A DNA stretch of 64,000 bases from a virus. The stretch spans positions 3,647 through 67,646 of IMG/VR virus record IMGVR_UViG_3300044675_005321; one strand, 5' to 3'. Each line of letters starts with the position of its first letter. The first letter of the stretch is position 1. Made by a program: the position numbers and the translations under genes. Of the stretch, positions 1 through 10,181 are shown piece by piece. A model generated the notes under the pieces. The model saw nothing but the letters and a program-made list of their open reading frames with translations, did not search any database and had not been told where the DNA came from.

Positions 1-1
1 A

Positions 2-1405
2 CAAGCAAACGGGCTCGTTTCCGCTGCTGATCTAGCTGATTTAAACAGCGCCCTTCGCAAGTCTGCAACTATTGGCTACCAAACCCCCGCCGGCACTTCC
101 GGTGGTGATACAGGTTCTTTAAGTCCTTTAGTTCCTCAAAGCATTGAAAACATTTTGGCAAGTGCTACTTATAGTATGAAGCAACTTGCTTTATGGCCTG
201 CAATGCCTAAAGTATCTGTTACTAATACCTTACACGAATACGCCGTAATCAATTCTCATGGCTTAGATATTGATCCATTTATTAGCGAAGGTTCCGCCGG
301 TACTACAAATCGCTCTGAATATCAAAGAAAGTCAATTCGTATCAAGTACTTAGCTGAAAGAAGAGAAGTAACTGACGTAGGAACCTTGGTTGGCTTGATT
401 GGCGCTAATCAAAATGCGATTGCTTTAGAAACAGAACGCGGCACACTCTCTTTGCTTGCTAAGCTTGAAAAAGCAATGTTCCACGCTAAAGAAAGTAATA
501 ATCCTTTACATTTCGATGGTATCATTCATCAAATTGAATCATATAACAATGGTTCAAATGTATTTGATGCCCGCGGCGCAAGTCCATCACCTAGACTTCT
601 TCAAGACATTTTGGCTAAGCTTTATTCTGCGCCTTTATATGGTACCCCTGATTGTATCTATGTAACCCCAGATATTCATGGCGAATTGATCAAGTTTGCC
701 GTTCAATTTGGCCGCCATGATCAATTGGTTCTTACTAATTCTTCATCTATTACATATGGTACTCAAGAAATTTCTATCATGGGCCCAGTCGGACCAGTAC
801 CAGTAAAGAGCGCCCCATTCTTGGCGAACAATGGTAAAGCGCCATCCACAGGAAGCGCAACCACAGGCGCCGCCGCTGCCCCTGTTCTTTCTTCTGCGGT
901 TGTTGCTGCTGATCTTGCGTCTCAATTTGAAGCGAATGACGCGGGCGATTATTTCTATAAGATCGTAGCAATCAACAATAGTGGTTATTCCGCTGCCGTC
1001 ACTTCTGCCGCTAAGACCGTAGCCGCCGGCGATAAAGTAACTTTGACTATTGCTCAACAATCAGACGCAATCTATTTCAAGATTTTCAGAACACCAGTAG
1101 ACAAGCCAGCAACAGAAGCGGTATTGATCAGCGAAATTCCCGCTACCAATGGCGCGGCTACTGTGTTTGTTGATCGTAATGAAAACATTCCTAACGGGCA
1201 TAAGATCGTATTTGTTCAACATAGTTCCGAAGTTATGGAATTTGCAAAATTACTTGACTTCTTCAGACGCCCCCTCGCTGAAGTACAAACCAGCAAACCA
1301 TTTTTACTCATGCTTTTTGGTTCACCTATTGTTAAGGTTCCTTCTAAGTGTTGGGTTGTCAAGAATGTTCGTGTGGGTTCAAGCTTGATCGAAAAATTGA
1401 GCTAA
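2..1405 (+). CDS. Major capsid protein (5' end outside window)
   Basis: Frame is open from the window edge (QANGLVSAADLADLNSALRKSATIGYQTP...) into the 155..1405 ORF. N-terminal K-S-x-T-x-G-Y resembles the processed start of SPO1/Twort-like capsid proteins; lies upstream of neck and tail genes. Confidence 0.85.
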   Translation, partial: QANGLVSAADLADLNSALRKSATIGYQTPAGTSGGDTGSLSPLVPQSIENILASATYSMKQLALWPAMPKVSVTNTLHEYAVINSHGLDIDPFISEGSAGTTNRSEYQRKSIRIKYLAERREVTDVGTLVGLIGANQNAIALETERGTLSLLAKLEKAMFHAKESNNPLHFDGIIHQIESYNNGSNVFDARGASPSPRLLQDILAKLYSAPLYGTPDCIYVTPDIHGELIKFAVQFGRHDQLVLTNSSSITYGTQEISIMGPVGPVPVKSAPFLANNGKAPSTGSATTGAAAAPVLSSAVVAADLASQFEANDAGDYFYKIVAINNSGYSAAVTSAAKTVAAGDKVTLTIAQQSDAIYFKIFRTPVDKPATEAVLISEIPATNGAATVFVDRNENIPNGHKIVFVQHSSEVMEFAKLLDFFRRPLAEVQTSKPFLLMLFGSPIVKVPSKCWVVKNVRVGSSLIEKLS

Positions 1406-1498
1406 GTTTATTATTTACTTATTTAATATGAAATTATGATAATATGAGGGCATAGAATAAAAGTTCTAAAACTCAATGTTTTAGATTTAAGGTGTCCC

Positions 1499-2467
1499 AT
1501 GAGTACTACAACGCTACTAGATATCATTACGCCCGATTACCTCAAGAAAACTTCTTTATTAGGCGTTGACTTGACCACAGACGACGGCGCCCCCTTCCCG
1601 AATGAAATTTATGAAACTTCGATTCAAGCATCTATTCAACACATAGAAAACGATATCGGAATCAATCTAGAACCCTTCAAGGTGTCTAGAGAGACGCACG
1701 ACGCCGAAAGACAAGGGCGCTTCTCTTATTGGCCTATGAAGCTTGATTATAGGCCTATCGTATCAATTGATAAAGTTCGTATTAGATTTGGTTCTTTCCA
1801 GCCCGTAGATTTGCCCGTATCTTGGATTCGTATGGTGTCCGCTATTCATGGGCAAATGCATATCATCCCATCTCAAGAGAGCTTAGGATCATATTTTTTT
1901 ACGGCCGGTATGCCTATTTTAGGGAATTACGGAATTTTCTATGAAGGGCGGGACTTTATACCAGGCTACTTTGAGTTTGATTATACAGCGGGATTTGAAA
2001 CAAGAAAAGAAACTATCACATTTCCAGCGGGGCAAACTCAATTTACTGTCAATCTTAGTCGTCATTGTTTCTTAAAATATCGTATTGCACTAACATTACC
2101 GGCGGGGGTTTCGGGTAAAGCAATAACACTTGGTCAAGATTCCTTTGTGATTGAGTTAACAAATGCCCCCGTAGCTGATATTCAGATTACATATCTACTT
2201 GATACGTTGCCTAGTGATATTAAGCATATGATCACACTAAAGGCTTCAAGTAATATGATTTTACAAGTAGCGGGGGACTTGATACTTGGCGCCGGTATTG
2301 CATCTAGTTCTATCGGAATTGACGGCTTATCTCAAAGCATTCAAACTACTTCATCAGCTATGTATTCGGGGTATTCATCACGTGTTGACTACTATGAAAA
2401 ACAGTACGATGCATTAAAGAAGGCTGTTAAAGCACAGTACAAAATTAACCAGTTTGGAGTAATCTAA
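1499..2467 (+). CDS. Putative head-tail adaptor (neck) protein
   Basis: Follows the capsid gene; C-terminal GAGIASSSIGIDGLSQSIQTTSSAMYSGY segment resembles SPO1/Twort-like neck proteins. Confidence 0.65.
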   Translation: MSTTTLLDIITPDYLKKTSLLGVDLTTDDGAPFPNEIYETSIQASIQHIENDIGINLEPFKVSRETHDAERQGRFSYWPMKLDYRPIVSIDKVRIRFGSFQPVDLPVSWIRMVSAIHGQMHIIPSQESLGSYFFTAGMPILGNYGIFYEGRDFIPGYFEFDYTAGFETRKETITFPAGQTQFTVNLSRHCFLKYRIALTLPAGVSGKAITLGQDSFVIELTNAPVADIQITYLLDTLPSDIKHMITLKASSNMILQVAGDLILGAGIASSSIGIDGLSQSIQTTSSAMYSGYSSRVDYYEKQYDALKKAVKAQYKINQFGVI

Positions 2468-3295
2468 ATGACTACTATTAATCCTAGAGTTCCAACAAAA
2501 CTACGCCCCCGCGTGGATTGGTTAAATGAAGAGTTCAGAAAACAATTCTTTACAAGATCTATGCTTGTATCTTGGGAAATGTGCGCTGAATGCCCATGCT
2601 CAAATAAAGGCGGCGCGGTCATCCTTGATCTTCCTAGCATTGATACAAATCTAGAGAAACAAGGCGAAGTTCGTTCTGATTGCCCTTTATGCAAGGGTAT
2701 TGGTTATTTTTGGCATAGCAAACAGGATACTAGAGCATTGATCACAAGCGCAAGTTCTGATGAATCAAGGTTTCATGAATATGGGGAATACGCGCGGGGA
2801 ATGGTCAATATTACATTGCTTCCAGAAACTTTGCCCTCATTCGGTGATCGCTTTACAATGGTAGATTCTAGCATGATTTTTAAAGAGACAAAGACACGAA
2901 AGGCCGGCGCGGTACAATCTCTTAGGAATCCTATTGTTCCTCGTGTACTAGATACACAAGGCGGGGCAACAACGCTTAGAGTCCTTCATCTACATGTTGC
3001 AAATAGTACAGGTTTAGGCGTGCTCAATGGTTCACTCATTGAAGGGACAGACTTTGAAGTCAATCAAGATGGAGACATTGATTTTACTAAAGGGGATCTA
3101 AATGGCAAAGCGCCGGCGGTTGGCGTTCGTTTCTCTATTTCTTATTATGGTCATCCTAGATACTATGTAGCCGATAACCCGCATACGCACAGAGATTCAA
3201 GATATGTTCGCAAGAGTATTGATGAACAAATTAGATTGATGCCAGTTCAATGTAAAGCAACCTTAGAATTTATGGGGGTTGGTTTAAATGGTTAA
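2468..3295 (+). CDS. Putative neck/head-closure protein
   Basis: CPC...CPLCKGIGY cysteine motif; synteny with neck genes of SPO1/Twort-like myoviruses. Confidence 0.6.
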   Translation: MTTINPRVPTKLRPRVDWLNEEFRKQFFTRSMLVSWEMCAECPCSNKGGAVILDLPSIDTNLEKQGEVRSDCPLCKGIGYFWHSKQDTRALITSASSDESRFHEYGEYARGMVNITLLPETLPSFGDRFTMVDSSMIFKETKTRKAGAVQSLRNPIVPRVLDTQGGATTLRVLHLHVANSTGLGVLNGSLIEGTDFEVNQDGDIDFTKGDLNGKAPAVGVRFSISYYGHPRYYVADNPHTHRDSRYVRKSIDEQIRLMPVQCKATLEFMGVGLNG

Positions 3296-4070
3296 TGTTA
3301 AGCGCTTATCTCTTGTAGATTTGATTGAGGGCTTAGGACTTAGTAAACAAGATCAAAAACAACGATCAAGACAATTGGCTAGCATGATTCTTGCGGAATG
3401 GTCAGCGGAGGCAAGAAGCGCCCTTAAAGGTTCTGTACAACAAAGTTATCTAAGATCTTTATCAATCAATCAAGCAGATGAAAAGGGAATATCTGTTTCT
3501 TTGCCAAAACCAGGACAAAGCGCAACACTTGCCCTTATGTATGAATTAGGAATGGGGCCAGGGGGAATCGGTACTACGGGGCCTTATGATATGCGCAAAT
3601 TTATGCTTCAAGAGAAAACTAGAAACATAAGACGGGATAAAAAAGGCAATCTATATTTAAATGTGCCCTTTAAAAAGAGTGCTAAGAAGCTTCAAGCAGA
3701 AAACCCCGATATCTATAAGAAAGCAAAGAAATTGGCGCCTATGATTTCTTTTCATGCAAATGCCCACAATGTTACGCCTCAAGGCAGCCCCCGCGGCGCT
3801 AAAGGTAATCAACTACCTAGGGGGCTTGTTCCTAAAAAGGCGCCTCATCATGCTGTTGATATTTACGCCGGTATGAGGAGACAGGCTAGCGCATATTCAA
3901 ATAAACAAGGCAAGCCAGTAATACAAACAAGCGGGTATATTACTTGGCGTAGGATGACAATTGACCAAAAACCCCCAAAATGGATGCATCCAGGAATAGC
4001 GCCATTGCATCTCGCCGATCGTATTTTTAGGATACTTCCACAAATGATTAACTATATATACGGAGTCTAA
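3288..4070 (+). CDS. Putative neck/tail-completion protein, basic
   Basis: Between neck and sheath genes; overlapping start; function from position only. Confidence 0.4.
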   Translation: MVNVKRLSLVDLIEGLGLSKQDQKQRSRQLASMILAEWSAEARSALKGSVQQSYLRSLSINQADEKGISVSLPKPGQSATLALMYELGMGPGGIGTTGPYDMRKFMLQEKTRNIRRDKKGNLYLNVPFKKSAKKLQAENPDIYKKAKKLAPMISFHANAHNVTPQGSPRGAKGNQLPRGLVPKKAPHHAVDIYAGMRRQASAYSNKQGKPVIQTSGYITWRRMTIDQKPPKWMHPGIAPLHLADRIFRILPQMINYIYGV

Positions 4071-4718
4071 ATGTTTGATTTATTATTACTAGAAACGCTT
4101 CACAATGGTTTTGAGTACTATCTTCAAAACAAGAACGATTTTAAAGCGCTATTCTTTGGCCTCAATGATGCTACCCTTGAACAGTGGTTTTCTCTTTTTA
4201 TTGCACAAAAACCCGTATTTCGTGCAAGATATGCACAAGGTACAGCGCAAGCGCCTATGATTACGATTTTGACCGGTCAAGAAGATGTACAAGAAAAGTT
4301 CATGGGCAAGACTGAGTATCGTGCGAATGATGGTAGAATGGTGGTTGGCTACAATGTTTCAGAGAATGCACAAGCGGTCATCTTTGCTAAATCCCCCGAA
4401 CTTGCAAGAATTTATTTCATTGTACTACGTGCAGCATTTGAGCAAGGCGCAAGGGCGATCATGAAGGCGGGGTACTCTCAAACAGCCTATGAGGGTACAA
4501 CGCTACTAGATCCAGAAGAAGAACTATCAAGCGAAGAATTAGGGATCTATGTTCGCAAGATGAACTTTAGCGCCAGTTATCCAGTCGCGATTAAGCTTAC
4601 AAAAGAGGCTGAATTTGGGGATCAACCCACATATTCAAACATTGATAATATTCTTGTTTTAGCAAGTGATCAAGAAAAGAATAATATTCGGGGTGGAGTA
4701 TCACCCGAAACAGAATAA
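4071..4718 (+). CDS. Putative tail terminator protein
   Basis: Immediately upstream of the sheath gene; 215 aa; positional inference. Confidence 0.45.
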   Translation: MFDLLLLETLHNGFEYYLQNKNDFKALFFGLNDATLEQWFSLFIAQKPVFRARYAQGTAQAPMITILTGQEDVQEKFMGKTEYRANDGRMVVGYNVSENAQAVIFAKSPELARIYFIVLRAAFEQGARAIMKAGYSQTAYEGTTLLDPEEELSSEELGIYVRKMNFSASYPVAIKLTKEAEFGDQPTYSNIDNILVLASDQEKNNIRGGVSPETE

Positions 4719-4780
4719 AAAATCAAACATGAAACTTTTATTTATTTTATAATAGAAAAGAAACATGAAGGAGTTTACAC

Positions 4781-6727
4781 ATGCCCAGTTCTTTAAATCT
4801 AAATGGATTAAGAATCTACAAACCAGGCGTATATGCGACAATTGACGCAAGCGCTTTAGGTGGTCAAAACACAAGTACAGGCAACGTTTGCCTAGTCGGC
4901 GCTTTTCCTAGTTTTGAGGCTGACAATCCGCTAACCTTTACAAGCGCCGGAGCGCTAAGGGATTATGACAGCACAGACAAAGAACTAGCGCTACTAGGCA
5001 AACTAGCCTTTGCCCCTAGCGTAGATGATCGTGTACCCGCCGGCGTCAATTCGCTTACTATTTTGAATGTGCAAACTTGCGCACAAGCTAAATACAATTT
5101 AGTAAATGACAACGCGGACACAGTGGCAACCTTTGAAGCTTCCGTATGGGGGGCAAAGAGTAGCAATAGTTATTTAACTTGTTCTTTTAATGGGGCGTTC
5201 GATGTGACTTTAAATCGTAATGGACTTGCAGAAGAGTATTTAAATGTGACAAGTGGCGATGTTTGTTCTTTTGAGTACACAGGTACAGCCCTAACAACCG
5301 CAAGCCTTGATCTTAGCGATACAAGTAATCTAGTAATTACTTGGACTAAGACCGTTGATCTTAATTCAAATAATGCTAGCGCGCCTATAAATGTTACCGA
5401 TATGAAAACAGTATCGGGCTTAGGTTTTCAATTGGATGAAGCGCCAACAGGGAATGTAGTAATTGTAATTAGTGGTTATAATGTAGATGGTGTAGAGTCT
5501 ACACAAACGATTACGCTTAGCAATACTACTAAGGTAACAAGTAATCTGTTTTCTCAAATTTACGGGTTAACCATTACAAATACAGCTAAGGCCGGCCTTG
5601 TTCTCACAATTGACGGCGTCGCGTTCGATCTTGATCTATCAACCTTTGAAACAGTGAGCGACGTTGTAGACTTTGTAAATCAAGCGAGCAATGATTATCA
5701 TTTCACAGCAAACTACTTAGCATCTAAATCATACAATTCGACCACGTTAGATGGTTTCAGAAATGTACAAAATATCAAGGGCGTAGAAGTAGCCGTAACA
5801 GCGAATCTACAAGATTTAATTACTACCTTGCGTGCGTCTAAAGTAGCATCTTTGATTCGTGTTGGAACTATTGCTTGTGATGATTTTACAAATATTACAG
5901 GTACTTTCTTGGCCGGTGGTACTCAATCAAGCGTAGTTCTTAGTGATTGGACTGATGCGCTTGCGCTCATCGAAACAAGCGATATTCAAATTGTTGTCCC
6001 TTTCTCAAGTGATGTTGATGTCCATAAAGAAATTTTGAAACATTGTACTAAAGCGGCGCTTTCAGGTAGTGAAAGAAATGGTTGGGTTGGTGCCAGTGCT
6101 AATCAATCAATTACTGACTTAAAGAACAATTGGGTTAAAGCGCTCAATAATAGAAACATTGCTTTAGTTGGTCAAAGTGTAAAAGTGACTAACCCTCAAG
6201 GCATCATTCAAACACTTGAACCTAAATATTTTGCGTTGATCTGTGCAGCTATGCAAGCCGGTACGCCTGTTGCTACGCCTCTCACTAGAAAGCGCCCCGA
6301 CGTGGTCGATGTTCTCGGCGCTTGGATTGCTAATAGAGATGTAACAGACGCAATCAAGGCCGGTATTTGCGCGTTAACTTCTGATAATTTAGGGTGGCGC
6401 ATTGAACGATCTGTGACTACATGGATCAAAGATGACAATCCTGTTTATTCAGAAGTTTCAGCGAATGAAAGTATCAATACTAGCGTTAGAGACCTTAGAA
6501 ACGCGCTTGATTTGTATATTGGCGATCGTAATTTAAATATCACCAGTTCAAGAATCCAAGGTATCGTTTCGGCCCGTCTCGATCAACAAGTAACAGATGG
6601 TATTATTAAAGCATATAAAAACATAGTCTTAGAGAACTTAGGCGATACGCTCAAAGTAAATTATACCGTAGCAGCTGTTGAACCTTTGAACTTTATTTCT
6701 ATCACCGCCAGCGTTAGCAGATTTTAA
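4781..6727 (+). CDS. Tail sheath protein
   Basis: N-terminal KPGVY, C-terminal VEPLNFISIT, 648 aa, AAGGAG RBS. Confidence 0.9.
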   Translation: MPSSLNLNGLRIYKPGVYATIDASALGGQNTSTGNVCLVGAFPSFEADNPLTFTSAGALRDYDSTDKELALLGKLAFAPSVDDRVPAGVNSLTILNVQTCAQAKYNLVNDNADTVATFEASVWGAKSSNSYLTCSFNGAFDVTLNRNGLAEEYLNVTSGDVCSFEYTGTALTTASLDLSDTSNLVITWTKTVDLNSNNASAPINVTDMKTVSGLGFQLDEAPTGNVVIVISGYNVDGVESTQTITLSNTTKVTSNLFSQIYGLTITNTAKAGLVLTIDGVAFDLDLSTFETVSDVVDFVNQASNDYHFTANYLASKSYNSTTLDGFRNVQNIKGVEVAVTANLQDLITTLRASKVASLIRVGTIACDDFTNITGTFLAGGTQSSVVLSDWTDALALIETSDIQIVVPFSSDVDVHKEILKHCTKAALSGSERNGWVGASANQSITDLKNNWVKALNNRNIALVGQSVKVTNPQGIIQTLEPKYFALICAAMQAGTPVATPLTRKRPDVVDVLGAWIANRDVTDAIKAGICALTSDNLGWRIERSVTTWIKDDNPVYSEVSANESINTSVRDLRNALDLYIGDRNLNITSSRIQGIVSARLDQQVTDGIIKAYKNIVLENLGDTLKVNYTVAAVEPLNFISITASVSRF

Positions 6728-6740
6728 AGGAGCTTAGAAA

Positions 6741-7178
6741 ATGGAAAAAGTTTTTAGTGGTGCAAGAGCAAAGCTCTATTTTAACACAGCAACCGGCCAA
6801 GTTGAAGCGGGGTTCGCTACCGGTATTAGCGTAAACGAAAATCACACTTTACAGCGTGTAAATGTGCTAGGCAATCTCGATTCTGAAGAAATCATTGCGA
6901 CTTCTAGAACTGTTGATGTTCGTTGCGACTTAGTACGAATTAGCGGTCGTTCTCTTAGAACTTTAGGCATTTGGCCAAAGGGGCAAACTGTTGACGTTCT
7001 AAACTTCCCTGAACTCACTATCGTTGTTTATGATGGAGTAGAAAATAAGATCGTTGCACAGATTGAAGGCGCTAGATGTGAGACTAGATCATTTCAAGTA
7101 CAAGCGGGCGCGATTGTGTCTGAAAATGCTAGTTTCCAAGCAAAACGCTTAAAAGATGAAGCTGATTTAGTCTTGTAG
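6741..7178 (+). CDS. Tail tube protein
   Basis: 145 aa beta-rich ORF right after sheath; VFSGARAK start and ENASFQA end. Confidence 0.85.
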   Translation: MEKVFSGARAKLYFNTATGQVEAGFATGISVNENHTLQRVNVLGNLDSEEIIATSRTVDVRCDLVRISGRSLRTLGIWPKGQTVDVLNFPELTIVVYDGVENKIVAQIEGARCETRSFQVQAGAIVSENASFQAKRLKDEADLVL

Positions 7179-7180
7179 GA

Positions 7181-7405
7181 TTGATCATGGATGAACAAAC
7201 CCAAAAGACAATCGGCGCCCCTGTAGATGATATCTCACAGATCAAAGATTTGATGAGTATGACTCAAAACAATGCCCCTTTGGCCCTTGCCATCTTTGCC
7301 GTATTAATGCTAAATAAGGTTAAAAATAATCAAGTGAAATCTGAACTTGAAACAAAGATCAATGATCTTGATGCACGAATTAAGAAGATTGAAAACAAAG
7401 ATTAA
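7181..7405 (+). CDS. Small protein with one hydrophobic helix and a coiled coil
   Basis: PLALAIFAVLML segment followed by heptad-like tail. Confidence 0.45.
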   Translation: MIMDEQTQKTIGAPVDDISQIKDLMSMTQNNAPLALAIFAVLMLNKVKNNQVKSELETKINDLDARIKKIENKD

Positions 7406-7737
7406 ATATACTTAATTTCTCTTTCTAAGCGGTCAATGATATCTTGCTTAGATTTCAAGTATTCGTTAATTGCGTTTGTATATGCGCCCAGTACTCGATA
7501 AACTTTTAATTCAATTTCAGATGATCCGAATGCGCTAAATGTGCCACACTTATTATATTCTTTCATGCCAGCGGTTTCTAAGAAGTATAAGTATTCATCT
7601 GAACTTACGACGTAATTGATTGTCATCTGTGAAATTTGGCCTTTTTCTCTTACGATCAATTGTAAACGATCATCATTATATTCGACGTCATAGCCTTCAC
7701 TTAGTAAAAGGCATTTTGCAAAACTTAGGGAATCCAT
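7402..7737 (-). CDS. Hypothetical protein with its own sigma70-type promoter, opposite to the tail operon
   Basis: 111 aa ORF, GAGG RBS, promoter at 7778-7818. Confidence 0.7.
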   Translation of the reverse strand: MDSLSFAKCLLLSEGYDVEYNDDRLQLIVREKGQISQMTINYVVSSDEYLYFLETAGMKEYNKCGTFSAFGSSEIELKVYRVLGAYTNAINEYLKSKQDIIDRLEREIKYI

Positions 7738-7777
7738 AAAGAACCTCGTTTTAGTGGTTTGTGGTTAAGGTGCTTTC

Positions 7778-7818
7778 ATCATAAATCAAGGTTTTTAATG
7801 TGTCAATAAATTTTACAA
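7778..7818 (-). promoter_or_regulatory. Sigma70-type promoter with conserved upstream box
   Basis: TTGTAAAATTTA-TTGACA-17 bp-TATGAT on the - strand. Confidence 0.75.
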
Positions 7819-7889
7819 GTATTTATATTTTTATTTTTCAATTGAATTGCATAGTATCAAGGCAAATATGACATAGGAGAAAGAAAAAA

Positions 7890-8318
7890 ATGGATTTAAG
7901 AAACTTAGTCCCTGAAGAAGAAGCGGTTAAACCTTTGGTAAAAAGAGAATTGCCCTTGATCATTACATATCATGATCCAGAAGGTGAAAAACATCAAGAT
8001 ACAGTGATTTCAAGAGTGCCAGACGGTGATGGTAAACTGTTAATCGATAGAAAAATGGCCTTGCTCGCCGGCGGTGCATGGGAAAATTTAAGCCCTATTT
8101 CTAAACTACGAATAGAGGCGATTGCTGTTTTAAGCGTACAACTTGTTAACCCCCCCGAATGGTTGAATAAATGGGCTGTGATTGATGATGAATTGTTATT
8201 TGATTTAAGGGAGCAACTTGGCAAGCATGCCAGCTTATACTTTCGCCCAAATCTTGGACAGAGTCAGAATGATTCGGAGGTCTCAAGAGTGGCGATTTAT
8301 TCAAAAGAACTTACCTAA
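7890..8318 (+). CDS. Tail assembly chaperone
   Basis: Between tube and tape-measure genes; PEWL motif; AGGAG RBS. Confidence 0.7.
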   Translation: MDLRNLVPEEEAVKPLVKRELPLIITYHDPEGEKHQDTVISRVPDGDGKLLIDRKMALLAGGAWENLSPISKLRIEAIAVLSVQLVNPPEWLNKWAVIDDELLFDLREQLGKHASLYFRPNLGQSQNDSEVSRVAIYSKELT

Positions 8319-8526
8319 ATCATACCCGAATTCACAGTTTAACGCGCTTTATTCCTCGTTATCTGAAAATGATCACTTTGAAGCATGGCTTTTATCCCTA
8401 TCTGATGAGGATTATGATAAAATACAACCTAGATACAAAGTAAATCAAGACAAAACCATCAAGCACGAAAACAAGATCGATGATCAGTGGGAACGTGAAT
8501 TTTGGCAAAAAGAAAAGGGGGACTAG
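8242..8526 (+). CDS. Probable frameshifted extension of the tail assembly chaperone (+1 frame)
   Basis: Overlaps the chaperone in the +1 frame and ends next to the tape-measure start; TAC-TTT-CGC at 8238-8246. Confidence 0.6.
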   Translation, partial: FAQILDRVRMIRRSQEWRFIQKNLPKSYPNSQFNALYSSLSENDHFEAWLLSLSDEDYDKIQPRYKVNQDKTIKHENKIDDQWEREFWQKEKGD

Positions 8527-10173
8527 ATGGCAACGCAAAGAGTAGAAATCGTTGTAGATCTTAATGATCAAGCCGCTGTGCAGGCCTTGAACAATTTTAA
8601 AACACAGTTTCAAGGTGTTGTTTCAAATGTGCAAGACGCCTTAACCGATGCACAAAAGGCACAAGCCTTTCAAATGCAACAAAGACTCGCGCAGCAACAA
8701 TATGATATGAACAGAGAGCGTGAGCGTAGAAATGAAGAACGCCATCAGAGGCAAATGGCACAAAATCAAGAAAACATACTTAATAGAGAGAATGAGGAAC
8801 GAAGGCGGGCGGAACAAGCACAAAAAGCACAAGTGCAAATTGAAAAAGAAAAAGTACAACAACAGCGATTACGTATCATTCAAGGGGCGGGGCGTATGAT
8901 CACCGCCGGCGTTTCTACCGGTGTAAATATTGCTACAAGTACAGATGCAAGTGGTGTCATTAGTGCAATGGGCGCAGGGGCGGGGCAAGGCGTCAATGCT
9001 TTTGGCGGACTACTTAGTAATTTAGGACTACAAAAAACAGGGGGTATCGTACAAACAATCGGAGGCCTAGCCCCTATTGTTGGACAAGGTGTCGCCGCCG
9101 CTGTTGGTCAAATGTATTCTAGATTTACAGAGGTTGCACAGTATGAAGTCCCCAAAATGATTGCTTCATATCGCGCGGGCGCCGGAATGGCAAAGGCCGC
9201 CCCAACTTTTGGAAATGCTTTTGGCGGTTATTCAATGATGGAATCTTTGAATAATTTAAATGCGTACTCAGCGGCGTTTGGTAGTAAGAATTTTATTAGT
9301 GGGGGGCTGAAAAATGTATATACAGATATGCGAAGCGCTGAAATAATGGGGGTTAGCCCTTTAGCTATTCCACAATTCGCCGCTTTAGGTGGTATGGGTG
9401 GCGCACAACAAAATGAAACGTCAATGGCGGGGATTGCTAGAGGCGTTTTACAGTATGCAAATAGTAGAAATATGTTAGGTTCACAGGCTGAAAAATTGCT
9501 TGGCGCTATCAATTCAGGGATTCAGGGTATGGCGTCTAAAGGACTTGCGGTAGATGCTCGATCATTAACTAGTTTTATTTTAGGCGTATCAAATGCCGGC
9601 ATAAAATCAGTTCAAGGGGCGGGGGCTGTTCGTGCAATTCAAGGGATTGAGGCAATAGCGGGACAGGCAAAAGGCGGATACTTGGGCAATTTTCAAGGTC
9701 TAGCAATGCAGGCATTACAAGCAGAAGCGGCGGCAACTAGCGACGGTACGCCCCTTGGTATGGTGACAAAGCTAGAAGAGTTTCAAACTGACCCTAAACA
9801 AGCTACACAGATCATTAAAAAGAGGCTTGGTGAAACCGTCTCTAAACTTGCATTAGGCGGGGCGGGCTTATCACAAGCGCAAGTGTCCGCGCTATTTGGC
9901 GCAAAAGATGTGGGGGTTGGTACCACGTTTGATCTCACAGGGCAAATAGGCGATCAATTAGATGTGACAAAGAAACTCAATAATCTTGAGAAACAACGTG
10001 TAGAACGTACTTTTGATTATGTAAATACGGGAGGCGGGAAGGCACAACTAGACGCCCTTTTAGACATACAACAGAAGCTAGAAATATTGATTGAAGGGGT
10101 GGGAACTAGTCGATTAACACAGACAATTCTTGACGCCGCTAATGTGGTTATCAACTTTCTTGGGACTAAATAG
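8527..10173 (+). CDS. Tape measure protein
   Basis: Follows chaperones; N-terminal coiled coil then Ala/Gly-rich helical region; 548 aa. Confidence 0.75.
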   Translation: MATQRVEIVVDLNDQAAVQALNNFKTQFQGVVSNVQDALTDAQKAQAFQMQQRLAQQQYDMNRERERRNEERHQRQMAQNQENILNRENEERRRAEQAQKAQVQIEKEKVQQQRLRIIQGAGRMITAGVSTGVNIATSTDASGVISAMGAGAGQGVNAFGGLLSNLGLQKTGGIVQTIGGLAPIVGQGVAAAVGQMYSRFTEVAQYEVPKMIASYRAGAGMAKAAPTFGNAFGGYSMMESLNNLNAYSAAFGSKNFISGGLKNVYTDMRSAEIMGVSPLAIPQFAALGGMGGAQQNETSMAGIARGVLQYANSRNMLGSQAEKLLGAINSGIQGMASKGLAVDARSLTSFILGVSNAGIKSVQGAGAVRAIQGIEAIAGQAKGGYLGNFQGLAMQALQAEAAATSDGTPLGMVTKLEEFQTDPKQATQIIKKRLGETVSKLALGGAGLSQAQVSALFGAKDVGVGTTFDLTGQIGDQLDVTKKLNNLEKQRVERTFDYVNTGGGKAQLDALLDIQQKLEILIEGVGTSRLTQTILDAANVVINFLGTK

Positions 10174-10181
10174 GAGTACTC

